From Glaucostegus cemiculus (Eukaryota), in contig CDPCPM010000153.1 in the NCBI GenBank assembly GCA_976551045.1, positions 4,216,001-4,280,000 on the forward strand: 64,000 bases of DNA. The letters run 5' to 3'. The translations under genes were made by a program, and so were the position numbers. This document shows, in pieces, positions 1 to 12,974 of this stretch (positions are counted from its first letter, which is position 1; each line of letters opens with the position of its first letter). Below the pieces are notes generated by a model. It searched no databases and had not been told where the DNA came from. It was given only the letters and a program-made list of their open reading frames with translations.

Positions 1-302
1 CTGGGCCATTGATTCTTGCCTGGCCTATATTTGGCTCACTCCAAAAATGTAGTCAACCCTTAAATTGGTTCAGAGGCAAGTAGGCATAAATGATAAATAC
101 TGGCATTATCTACAATGTCCTCATCTTGTGATCAAATAAATGAAAATGAGGCTTTGAAACTTTCAGACTAAATTGCCTAAACTGTTCACTTTATAACACG
201 TAAATAAGACAGCTGGTCATTCTATTTGCATAAGTAAAAGTGATATTAAAGGTTTGTACTGTTACTGATTTGTTTCTTGTATCTATGAACTTAATTTTGC
301 AG

Positions 303-352
303 GTTAACTACACTGTTCAAATGGAATTTAGTGGACCGCTAACATATGTGTA
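303..352 (+). CDS. TMEM106C: TMEM106C internal coding exon (50 bp), VNYTVQMEFSGPLTYV(Y)
   Basis: ttttgcag acceptor, gtaagt donor; peptide resembles TMEM106C luminal domain (human VNFTGKAEMGGPFSYVY, recalled); frame joins next exon. Confidence 0.88.
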
Positions 353-500
353 GTAAGTAATTTTTTTCCCCTCCAACCCCTTGTTCACTGCCTGAATGTT
401 AACTGCATTTCTTTATAAATAGCTGCTAATAGCATTCAGTATATCTTTACCAAATTTTGAAAACCAAATGGCTTCTTTTCCCTCCAAAAGCTGCAGTTTA

Positions 501-2473
501 TTTTCTCTTTCAATCTTTTTATTGCTAACAAATCAATACAGGTTAAAATATGTAACAACTATGTTTACACATGTATTATAGAAATATCAAGTAACAATCA
601 TAGGTAATCATAAAAGCAATAGAGTATGATATATATAAAAGAAATAGTTCCAACAACCTCTTGGTTCATAAGTGTAATGTAAAAGATAGAAAAGAAAAAT
701 TTGTTATATAATTAGGAAAAAAACCCAAAAATACCCAAATCAAAAAATCAAAATATAATATAAAGTAAATTAAACCAAAAATGATTTTTTAAAAAAAAGA
801 GAAAAACAAAACAAGGAAAAAAAAACTGGGCTAAAATTTTCAATAGAAATAGAGCAATATGATGTCGTCAGCTCCGTTTCTCTGAATTAAAAAAAAAGTT
901 ATAGAAGGGGAAACTACATGTGAAAGTATTGAATAAATGGACTCCAAATATCTTCAAATTTAAGCGAAGAATCAACAGTACCACTCCTAAATTTTTTCCA
1001 AATTAGGACATATAGTTTGAGAGAACCATTGAAAGGTAGTAAGGGTTTTGGATCCTTCCATTTAAACAGAATGGCTCATTTGGCCATCAATGTAACAAAA
1101 GCAATCATACGGTTAGCAGAAGCAGGTAAATGGCCAGACTTTATCCATGGTAATCCAAAAATTGCAGTAATAGAGTGAGGTTGTAAATTGATCTTCAATA
1201 CATCTGAAATAATATTAAAAATGTCTTTCCAATATTTTTCCAAATGAGGACAGGACCAGAACATGTGCATCAAAGAAGCCACATTCGAATTGCATCTGTC
1301 ACATATCGGGTTTATACCGTCATAAAAACGAGCTAGCTTATCTTTGGACATGTAGGCCCTGTGCACAACTTTAAACTGTATCAATGAATGTCTGGCACAC
1401 ATTGAGGATGTATTAACTAAATGAAGAATTTTCTTCCAAGTCTCTATAGATATAGATATCTGGAGTTCACTTTCCCAATCATTTTTAATTTTGTCCAGTG
1501 AGTCTGACTGTATTTTCATAATTAAATCCTAGATTATTGCTGTCAACCCCTTCTGATGGGGATTAAAACCTAAAATTTTATCAATGATTTCATCTTCATA
1601 AAGAAATGGAAAGGAGGGTATAGTAGCTTTTAAAAAATTTCTAATCTGCAAATATCAAAAAAGTGATCTAGGTAAATCTTATATTTATTAGACAACTGTT
1701 CAAAAGATGAAAAACAGTTACCAATGAATAGATCATGAAAGCATACTATTCCCTTCCTTTTCCATAAGGAAAAAGCTGTATCTAGTCTAGATGGTTGAAA
1801 AAAAATTAGATTGTATAGGACTTGACAAAATAAATTTAGTCAATCCAAAGAATTTACGAAATTGAAACCATATTCGTAATGTATGTTTAATGATTGGGTT
1901 AGTCATATATTTACTTAATTTGGTAAGTGCAAAAGGGAGTGAAGCTCCTAAAATAGAGAATAATGAAAATTCATGTGTTGATTGATGCTCAAGGTGTACC
2001 CATTTAGGGCATTGAATAACATTTAAGTCTTGTCCAAAAAATTAAATATCTGATGTTGATTGCCCAATAATATAATCTAAAATTAGGCAAGGCCATACCA
2101 CCATCCTCTTTCAATTTTTGTAAATATTTCTTACTTAGTCTTGGGTTCTTATTCTGCCAGATATATGAAAGAATTTTAGAATCAACCTTGTCAAAAAAAG
2201 ACTTCGGGATAAAAATTGGAATCGCTTGAAATAAAAATTTTGGTAAGATATTCATCTTAATTACATTAATTTGGCCTACCAATGATAAAGACAATGGAGA
2301 CCATTTAGTAAGCAATTGTTTAACTTGGTCAAATAAAGGTAAAAGATTAGCTTTAAATAAATCCTTATGTTTATTAGTAATTTTGACACCTAAATACATA
2401 AAATAGTCAGTTACCAATCTAAAGGGTAACTGGCTATTCATCTCCTAATAAAATGTAAATAATGATTCTGGAA
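501..2473 (-). mobile_element. 5'-truncated L1-clade LINE (ORF2 C-terminal part, frameshifted) with 15-bp TSD
   Basis: ORFs 2004..2441 (YLGV, KMNILPKFLF, GGMALPNF) and 1076..1519 (CxxC...HMFWSC zinc finger); AATAAA/A-rich tail near 501-523; aaaagctgcagttta at 486-500 and 2474-2488. Confidence 0.9.
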
Positions 2474-3523
2474 AAAAGCTGCAGTTTAGGAACTTTATTT
2501 GCTTGAAGTAGAATTTAATTTGGGCTATGGAGCTCTTCAGTTAAAATAAAGGATCAAATCTTCCTTTGGAAGGCTGCTACAGTCAAGAAGTAGAAGTCTG
2601 ATGGGGCAAGGGAAATAGAGTAACTTCTGCACAGAAGTATTTTTTGATCTTTCCATTAACAAATGAAATGCAATATTAGTTTGCCCCCTTGGGTTGTGTA
2701 CACAGTTAGATACTCACCACTTGAGTAGCTGTTTGGAAATTTGTGGTAATCTAATCCAGGTATATTTAAAATTACCTGCCCATTTTTGAATGGACTGACT
2801 GAGTTGGCTCCTTTCATTCCTTAAGGTAACTTGAGTTTTGGTGGTGTGGAGAATTGATAGTACATGTAAGCTTTCCCATTGGAAAATATTTTGGATTTCC
2901 TTTCTCCCCTCCCCCATGCCCTTTTCCAGTTTCCACTTCCTACTTTGTCCACTATCTCTGAACTAAGTCTATAGTATTAGGCTTATAAAAGTACTTTCAT
3001 GGGCCTAAAACAGCAGTACAAGCCTTGTAGTACAGTATGATTGGCCACTGCTAAAGTAGAGCAAGTTACGGTATAAATCATCTGGTGCTGGTTTCCAACT
3101 AAGTTTTTCTGGCACCTGCACCTGCAAATGGAGTTTTAGACCATGTATTAACATACAAGTTTAAACTTGAGTCACTTCAAGAATCAAATGTAACAACTTT
3201 TTGATGGTAATTTTAGTCTCCAGTTGTATCAACTGATTCTATAAATTTTGGTAGGTATGAAATTGGAAGGATTTGAATGGAGCTGCTTGATATTTTCTGA
3301 CTTGAAATCTCACTTCCCTAAGGTGGTGAAGCAATCTGAAATCTTAAACTATGACAGAAACCATTCCTTTTGGTGGCAGGAAGGAAAGGGGCCTTTGGAT
3401 CAGTTAGAACTGATCTTTTTTGTGATGTAGCCTTTGCTTTACAATAGATGTATCGTCCTGTGAGCCATCTGGCTTGCCCAACCATGGTTGAGGTGATTTT
3501 AACTAGTTTATTTTCCTCCACAG

Positions 3524-3577
3524 TACTTTTTGCACAATGCCATCAATCAAGGTCCATAATATTGTTGTCTTCATGCA
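3524..3577 (+). CDS. TMEM106C: TMEM106C penultimate coding exon (54 bp), (Y)TFCTMPSIKVHNIVVFM(Q)
   Basis: ttcctccacag acceptor, gtaagt donor; FCT...VHNIV motif typical of TMEM106 family; phase 2 on both sides. Confidence 0.9.
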
Positions 3578-5959
3578 GTAAGTTCGTTAAGATTTCTTTT
3601 CTTACTAAATTAGAATGAAGACTTGCTCTTTACCAGTACTGTTACTTTTAAGATGTCAAAAATATAGTATAATGCATATAAATTAGCAATACTTTAAATA
3701 TCCAAGTGAAGGGAGCTCTGCTCTGTCAATCAGATTGTTACAGTTTCAGCCATTGAAATAAATGGAAAGCTTGAGAATCCTAAACTGACTACTAAGCTGA
3801 GTTCCTGTCAATGCATTTTTTGTTGAACTGTCTTTTCAATCACATTTTCCCTGCCCTCTGCTTTGTTTTTCCTCCCTAGCCCTTCCTTAGCCCTGCAAGT
3901 TATTTTCAGGCAATTAGTTCCTGATTGTAACCACTTTTTTTAAAAACCTATCCTTTTTTTACCTCCACCCAGCACTTTCTCTCCCTAATCCTATTTGCCC
4001 TGTCCAAACCCCTTGATCTTGCTAGCATCTTATCAAATCTGTCCTTGCTTTTTTCCAGGAAGAGCAATCCCAACTTTTCCAGTGTAACTTTAAGGTTGCT
4101 CATCTTCAAACTATTTTCTGCATCCTGTGGGGCTTTTGTATTTCTAAAGTGTGGTTACCAGAGTGAATGTAATACTCCACCAGTTTTGCTCTAGCCAATG
4201 TTTTGTGTGTATTTATAATTTTAAAAAATTCAATGACCTTCCTGCTGGTACTCCATGCCTCTAAAGCCATAGATCTCTAATGCTTTGTTGCTTGCTGTCC
4301 TGTAATGGGGAAGAGGGATTGGGGCAGGTTCCCCAATTTCATTTTGGGGAAATAATTGACTTCAGCTAAAGTACAGTCTAGTTCAAATAATATAGAATGC
4401 TTTAGTGACCAGCTGTTGACATCTCAAAAATGGTTACTAGTCTGAACACTTGCTCCATGCCACACATTTCAATAGTAGAACACCTGTCAACATCTTTCTG
4501 TGACATGCTGCTTGACCTGCTAGGTCTTCCACCATTTACTGTTTGGTCATGTTACCAGACAGAACTGGTCTCCAGCTTTGCTTCTAATTGGCCATTTGAA
4601 TCTAAAATCATAATGTATTCTAATTCATTGAAGTATGGTTCAATCTTTTTTGTACTGGGCATCACTGGAATGTACTTGTGTTGGTACAAATTGAAGTTTT
4701 AGATTTTTTTTAAAATTGCTATTAGTCTGGTTAACTTCACCCTCTTGTATAGAAGTAAAATTAAAGCTAAAATTTGGTCCTAAAATTCTGGAATCAACTA
4801 AAGGAGTTGATTAAAAACAACATTTGTTAGGAAGTGCAAGATTCAACAGATCTAAGGGTTTAGGCAACAATTAAAATCTCCACTCATAATCAACGTATAT
4901 TCATTTAAATTGGGAAAAGATGCAAATAAGTGTTTAAGAATATCAGGATGATCTACATTAGGTGCATAAACATTCCTCATACTTTTTGTTATGAGGAATG
5001 CCAGTAATTATTAGAAATCTACCCTTCAGGTCTGAAATTGACTCATGATGAACAAATGAAATTGAGGAGTCTATAAAAAGACTCCTTTCACCTTGAGTTA
5101 GAATGTAACTGTTGACTTCTCAAATCTAAAAGCACTGATCATCCTCTTTCCTAATGAGTCTCCTGTGCAAAAATAATCTAAGCATTCAGTCTATGAAAAA
5201 CCTTAAAGATCTTACGCTTAATTGGATTATTCAAACCATTTGTAATCCATGTAACAAAATTAATTATCTTATCCATTCTAATAGACTTAAAACATGGTAT
5301 GTAAGGGGTTAACATTGCTAAGAGATTCATTAACAGGAAGAGGAAAAAAGTTCAAAGGAGCCAGATATGGTGACAGTTCAGAAATATTTGTACTTTATCA
5401 TTTAAATTTGGAAGCTTGTGATATCTCTATCCAGTTTTCTAAAATTTTTGATGTCTTTACTGTCTCAGGTTTTTTAAAAATTATTCCTCTTTCAAGATGG
5501 TTACCAGGTGATTCTTGGCATTGAATTGCTCCAGGCAAAAGACACTAAGGCTTTTGTTTTGGTTCTCCCCTCACCAGCCATTGAACCTGCTTTTGGATCA
5601 TGGATCAGTTTAGTCTGGAGGAAGCCATCTCTTGTGATTTTTGCATGCTAGCAGGAAAAATTACTTTTCTATATTTGGAGAAGGCTACCTTGAGTAAAAA
5701 GTAATCTATAGACTTACTACCATCCATGATACAAGCCTGATGCCCTATTGATTTTTGGTTCCTTTTTTAAAAAATGTTGGACCCAAAACTACAAACAATA
5801 ACTTGAACATGTTCCCTAATCTACTTTGAATATGGTCTGTCATTTCAGTTAGTTGAAGCCAAAGAGCCAGAAATCCCTTTGGCAGAAGCACTAAATAGTT
5901 GCCTAACAATCTGAAGGTTTATTGTGGTTTGTTTTTACACAGCATACTTTTGTTTGAAA

Positions 5960-8030
5960 AGGGGTTTAATCCAGGGTGGATCACTATTATAACCACTTCG
6001 AGGTTGCATTGCACCACTCCAGAAATTCAACCAGCCACTTTGTCAGGATGCATGCTCTTCTGACATTGCTTGGCATCAGTCATGCATTTAATAACCTCTA
6101 TCCTTGTGCAACAGCTTTTTTGGCACTCATAACTAAAATTTGATGCTGGTCCAAGGAGCAGTTGTCTTTCATTAGTCGCAAGCCAAGCAGGTCTCCATAA
6201 CACTACTTAGTATGTAGCAACACAGTTTTCTTAGGTTGAAAAATACTCCACTCCAGATGTTTCTCTCAGCTGACAAATTAGTACATGGAGGTAACTTCCA
6301 AAAGGGGTTTCCATGGTGATCCTGGCAATATTTGAGTCTGAGCTGCTTGCAAGTTTGGGAACCTTGAGGGAAAAGATGAAGTGCTTGGATTCAAAGACCC
6401 CATTTACACAATCTAAAGGAATAGATCACATCCCCTGTGGTCTGCAGAATTGTATTCCTATCTTGGATTTTGAGTGGTTGCCATAGGAATAGTGTGTATA
6501 GATGGTCATTGCAGATGCAAAATTGTCTGGACCTCCTAAATAAGTGTATCTGGATTCTTAGGGTCAGAGGATCAAAGTTGCTCACACTCCCCACTTCCTA
6601 GACTCCATGTCACAGTAGCTATAGGATGGTCTATGCCATATCTCAGTTTAGATCTTTTTGGCTGCTTTCCCAGTATTCAGACTATGGCACTCTCCTTTGG
6701 AGTCTAGAGCCCCTCATGGATCATAAGGGCTTCTACTCCATTTTTGTTCCTGACCACACATTCCCCTGGTTTAATGCCAAGTATCCAGGAAGCTCTTGTG
6801 ACTTCATCTTGCAAGAGGTACCATGTCTTTTATAGTAGCATTGCTCCAAGGGCTGAATCTTGGGTGATTGACGGCTACCTCTTGCCTCTCCTGCTTCTGA
6901 TAGTTGTGCATACTCAACACCTGCAGTGTTCCTACAGTGAAAGTTATGGCACTAATGGAACCCTAGAAGAGAATGCTTGGGGCTGTGTGCAGGCAATAGA
7001 ATCTCATCTTGAGTCAGGAATGTGCCCTGCAGTGCACCATGCAGATCAATATCCTTATCTGCTTCATTCCACCCGTATCAACAGGAGAACTTGGCCTTTA
7101 TCCCAGGGTCCACTGTACAAGAAAGATGAGAATAAAATGAGAATGAGCATTATTAGGCCTTACAAGGGCAAAATGATGTAGATCATGTGCATTGCAGGAG
7201 GGAACCTGTATATGAAAGTGAAGTTGAAGCATCTGAATAGCCAGATCATCCCCATAAGCACTCTTGTGCATCACTTTATGGATTTGACCCAAATCATCAA
7301 CAATTCCATTCCTCCCTCAGATGCTGCTCAACCAACTGAGTTCTAACATCATTTTGTTGCTCTAGATTTTAGAATCTGCAGTCTCTTGTCTACTTCATGG
7401 AATTTGTTCTATTTGACTGCCAGGCAGCACACTTCAGTTGCGGTTCATTTGCTGAAGCGTTGCTATGGCATGGCTAATGCTCCATTCAAATGTATCCCAC
7501 CTTGTGGGAGGGAAATGAATAGCACCTTGTTGAAAGCCTAAAGGATAGGGATCACATAACTAGAAAGCAATACCTTAGTCATACAAAGCATTCTTGTCTT
7601 CAAAGACAAGTTAGTGCCTGTTAATTGGCACATAACCTCAGTGCACTGTGAATCTGCCCTAGTTGAAAAGGGCTTCTTAAAATAAACATAATCCAGGGAG
7701 ACCTTTGTCAAGAATGACTTGCTTCTCTAGACTGAGGAGTGGAAGATGCCTTTTGTGAATTTTTTTCAATGTTAGGTGACTGTTGCACAGCAATGGCCAT
7801 ACCTGACTGACAGGTCTTGGCGCAATAGCAAGGGGATCCAAGATGATTGGAGACCAGGTTCTGCTTGATGCACAAACACTCCATCATACCAAATGAGTAG
7901 GAGGAGAATTGTGGGGGTGGGGAGAGATGTGGGCAAGCCTGTGCTTTGTCAAAGGACATGTAAGACCCACAGCAGCTGTGGTCACTGGCAGCTAGTATCC
8001 ATGGAGGCAAATGGCCTTGTGATTGGTTGA
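5960..8030 (-). mobile_element. Heavily decayed non-LTR retrotransposon (possibly I/Nimb/Ingi-like)
   Basis: Colinear motif remnants on -: SDH (APE) near 7990 and YGDDLAI (RT) near 7250; boundaries approximate. Confidence 0.35.
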
Positions 8031-8990
8031 TGGCAACAAGTTTTCTTTAATTGACAATGAACACTGTCCCTGAAATGAGTTGTCATTTCATACAGCATGA
8101 TTTTTAAGTCAAATTGTGAGATTTTCAAAGTAGTTGCTCTAGTTATCATTGTAGAAGCATAATGGGGAACAGTTGATCTAGATCATTAAACTTTGACATG
8201 TCTATCAAAAATGGAGCTGTGCTAAGATCACCAACAAATTGATCTCCTTTTTGGAGTATAGCATTCTCATTACTGAACTGTCAGGAATGAGGATCACTCA
8301 GCAGCTGCACTCTTATCTGGCCCAGTGCAAGGAAGGAAAACTGCTTAAACTTCTGTCTTTGCACACAGCCTCTGATTAATGAATTGATGACATGTGGTCC
8401 TTAATGTTCTGAAGCTACTGTGGAAGTGGGAGCAGGATTGTGAAATATTGCAGAGCACAAAACCTTGGATCCAAATTCCATTGTTGGATATAGTTTGGAA
8501 TCAAATTTCCCAAAGATAGCAAACCTGGTACCCTGTCAAAGTTTTGAACTTGCCAGATGAAAAACTCAACTGCAGATGTTGAAGTCTGACTAAATACAGA
8601 AAATACAAGAAACACTCTGCAGTGTCTTTGGCCTGAACTGTTTGTTTCTTTCCACATATGCTGCCTGATTGTTTTCACAATTACTATTTATTTTTGCTGC
8701 ATTTTCATTTATGTAATATCAAGGAACTACCTGCATCTATAATTACACTGACCAACAATGATGCCACAAAATGAGATCATTTTCTTTAGCCAGCAGTGAT
8801 GGAGAATAGATATTCAACTCATGGTCTCCTCCTCCCACCATGACATGGTGCCCATCTGAAGTGTTTCTCCATCTTAGATGGACATTGTGTTCAAAGCCTC
8901 CTGCTGCATAGCAGCAGGTGAGTAATTGTCTCTAACAAGCTAACTGTTCTGTGCACTGCCTTCATATTCTCATTTGTGGAATAAAAGCCA

Positions 8991-9178
8991 TACAGTCAAA
9001 CACTAATCTGATTATTTGGGAAATCCCAATTGTTCAGCATCTAGCTCACTGGGTGCTGATTCCTGTACTCCTGCCCATTCAACAGGTTGCTGGTAAACTT
9101 TATTGTTTGGTGTGTTGGATGTTGTAGTAATACTCCAATAGTCCAGCATATCTAAAAGTCCAGCACCAGCTTGCTGTA
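8991..9178. mobile_element. Possible decayed Tigger-like MITE
   Basis: TACAG...CTGTA termini; weak TIR identity. Confidence 0.25.
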
Positions 9179-12100
9179 TAACTGCTTTCCAGCTGTTTGG
9201 AAGGTCTGTTACTGTAGCACTTTTGCTTCTAAAACCCTGTGGCTGCTGGTAGGCTGCTCCCTTTCACTTGGAGGGTCTGCAGAGACTTCATGGACGTATG
9301 GGTTAGCACTCTGCCACAATGGGACTGCAGCAAACAGTTTGGCTGCAACTGGGCTAACATTTTGACTGAAAATGGATAATAATGTAAGCAAAACTGATCT
9401 GAAGGGTGGCAGCAATATCATTCTCCACATGCCCATGAGCTTGGGTACCTAAGTAGATAATGACCCAGACTTCATTTCCAACAGGGTTCTGCCAGGAGTC
9501 CTTTCCTGCTCTGGGTGATCAATCTACTCCTAATGGAGATCAGCCTGATCCTGGGTGGTGCCTCTTCCTACAGAATGGCTCTTGGCCCAATGCCCACGAG
9601 GGGGACTCTCTCTCCTTCAAGGCAGGAGATCCAGCCAGGTTGGCCTTGGTGGGTGGTTGGAGCCCTTGTCTGAAATGCAGTGAAAACTATTGCAGTCAAT
9701 CAACAACATCCTTGAGTTAATTGACTTTGTGTATGGCCTAATGAGATTGGCAATAGACTGTAAGTTCTAGGGGTGTCAAGTATTCCAGCAGGAGACAGTA
9801 TCTTTTTTTGGGGGTGGGGAGGATTGAGTGTTAAGTGCTTTCCTTGATCATGCAGTTTCCCCTGGCATTGCTTGTTGCACCAAAAGCTTGGCACTCTCAC
9901 AACCTTCTGCTAGCCTCCCTTGACATTGGCTCTCTGCCCCACCCCAATGCATACACCACCTGCTAGGTGTGCATTTTATTAACCTGATTGTCTGATAGCA
10001 ATCAGCAAGTCTGGTGCTGACTGCCTTGATCCTCCATTGTTTATTTTACAATTGTTATCTGCTACAGTGTACCTTGGATCTGAAGCCATGCAAGGACTGC
10101 TACACAGGTAACTGGCAGTTGCTTGAAATTCAGTGGTAAATGGCACTTTTTGCAATAAATAGCAGCCTTTCTCAACCCAAATGCATCTGTGATCTGCAAT
10201 TTGGTTTACTTGGCACAAGGATGTCGCACAATTAACCTAGAAGTTGGAGCAAATTTCTGGACAAATGAGTTTTGTTTGTCTGTCTTTGCATTATCACCAC
10301 TGATGTTTTTGTGCTACATGGTATTGTTGATGTCTGATGCAGAGCAATGGAGGAGGGTGGGGGGGGAATTGGGCAGTTTGTGCACAGTGCTGTTTCTTGT
10401 CTATTTAAGGGTTATTAACAAATCTTTTATTGAAGAGCAAGGCTTAAAGTGTGCAGATAACAAAAGCCAGCTCTGTATTGTGGCACAGTATACAATACAC
10501 CTTAATGCATTTTCTTCATTCATTAGTGTTGGAGCAATGCAGCAAAGCTCGTTGAAAGTGAATTTTGATCTAATGAAGTTGGAAATGCTTGCAAAGCTGG
10601 AAATGGCCCAGCTAGGACTTTGGCCTGACAGTCAATTCTGTGCCTCTGTAACAGAACACATCCAATTTTACCTTGCAATCTAAACTGCTTGCACCTTGTC
10701 TATTTCTAAAAGCACTTTTGCCTTCACTTGACACTTCCTTGCATCCTGAATGCATATCTTTAAACTGGTATTTGTGATGTTCTGTAGTCTTAATGTCCCT
10801 AATTTGATCCTCATCTACATCTGAGTCTAACTTCAAAAATTTGTCTTGAACAAGCATTAAAATATTTCAATCCTTTGTGCTTGATTTTACTGAGGTATTG
10901 GGAATACTCCATGTAGTTCCAGGATAGACAAACTACAGTGTTCACTTGATACAGTGAGGAGCACCACAAGGTTAAATACCCCCTCCCCAAGTAATGATTA
11001 TACATTCTCTCTAAGCTTTTGTGCTATGTGTATCATGCATCCATAGCTTTCAAAGCCTTGCCCATTTTGGTAACCTTTGAATTTTGGCAGCAACTAAACA
11101 TTTTGTAACAGATCCCAAAATTGGAGTTGCATATGTTCCAGCATGAGCAGAAAGTGTTGAAAATACTCTGTTTGGTGGCATTCATGTCGAGAGAAATGGT
11201 TAATGCTTCAAATTCTTGCCTTATTACCAGATATCCCAGTTAACAATGGGTTTTAGAATAGGGGTGATAGGAAAGAGGGAACACAAAGGTCTGAGAGACC
11301 TGAAGTAATTTAATCTCCTTTGTCAAGACATAGTGATGGAAAATAATGGGACTAGTTCCTCAAGTCTTTGTAGCATCTGTGATGGGAAGGCTTTGGAGCA
11401 GGAGCCAAATTATTTGATCAACAATAGACCTCTAAGAACAGTTTAAGATGGTTGGGCCTGTAGTTCTTAAACTGTGGCAATATGCTGAGACAGATTGCCC
11501 TAACTGCTGCAACAGCCTTTTAGTGCTGGATTGATGAACACTAGTGCAGAGGTTCCAATAGCAATGTCAACTACCCCATCCATCTCTTTTAATGCAAATG
11601 ATTGTCCTGTTTTATTCTATGGACTAAGCAAATTTCAATGTGGCTTGGTTAGCCCCCAGCACATTCTCATAACACACAGTCTCATTTCACTGTTTCGATG
11701 TATGTGTGACTAATAAACATCCTGTATTTGGATCCCAGTACAATTGTACTGGAATACATGTGCTCTGGAATAGCATTCCTTCTAGCCAGTCTGTAGTTCT
11801 TGTCTGGAATATTGGGTCCCATGGCTATTGCTGTTTATCACACTGGGTGAATTAAATTGGTTTTTGCACTGGGGACCTTGAGACAAAGATGGAACATTCA
11901 CACTCTGGAAGGTGGTTCCAGGGCTTCAGCCTTGACCCTTGTACTTTTGCTGTTGCCAGTGTTGAAGATGGATCCAAGGCAATGGCAGTTCATCTCCTTT
12001 ATCTTTTTAAATTGTTTACCACCTTTCACAACCTAGATGTGGCTGGCCTGTGGAGCTTTGATGTGATTCATTGGTTGTGGAATGACCTGAGCTGTCAGTA

Positions 12101-12856
12101 GTATGATATTCCCTCTTTTAATATGCATGTAGTCTTGTAGCTTCAGGTTGACTGTAACATTGCCCCAAATTCAGTTGTGAGTTCCAGTTCCTGCTTGAGA
12201 TTCAAACACAATCTAGACTATATTGAGGGAATGCATATTCTTCTGGGGGAGTGTTGCACTTGGGTGTGTCTTTGAAATCTTAATTTAAGATCTTCCCTGC
12301 TCACTCAGGTGAGCAGAATACCATGACAACCTCGGGGTGGGGGGTATTATTTCTGGCAACCTGACCAATGTAATCTCTTACCAACATCCCATTATCCAGA
12401 GGCTGCACATTGGCATCTTGTATGTTTTGCATTTTCTAAGTACAGAGTTGGTCATTCAAGATTCTGAAAAGCACTGAAAATGCAACTCTCTTGTACATGC
12501 CAGCATAATCAACCATGAGCACACTGAAAGGTGGGGTAAACTTGAGGAGCCGCGCGGCCTAATGCTATTTTCTTTTTGACACTGGTTTTGAGGTAGTGAG
12601 GCATCTGCTGTGCCACTGGGCTTCACCATGGGATGTAAGCAGAAATAATCTGTCACATACCCAATGTTCTGCTGTATATTTGTTCTAAATCTCCTGTTTG
12701 TTGCACAACACAATGGTCTGTGATCAAGTAATGTGACATGTCAAAGGACTGGAATGCCCATCTTGCCAGTATCACTACTTATAAGCAATGTAAACTGTTC
12801 CTAATGTGTAAACAAGTCCATTCATGTCATGTTATCCCTCTATTTTCCTTTCTCAG

Positions 12857-12974
12857 GACCACAGTGAAAAGCTCTTACTTGGGACATCCATCGCAGAACT
12901 CTTTGGAAGCATACCGCTATTTGGATTGTGGGTCCAATTCTACAGCATACAGGAGACCCCCTTTGAACCACTGA
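12857..12974 (+). CDS. TMEM106C: TMEM106C last coding exon, (Q)TTVKSSYLGHPSQNSLEAYRYLDCGSNSTAYRRPPLNH*
   Basis: tttctcag acceptor; YxDCGxNST C-terminal motif of TMEM106; paralog C assigned from tail-to-tail synteny with COL2A1. Confidence 0.88.

Noticed and set aside
10189-10683. 164-aa ORF in the TMEM106C last intron
   Set aside because: GTG start, no recognisable domain, and the TMEM106C frame is complete without it
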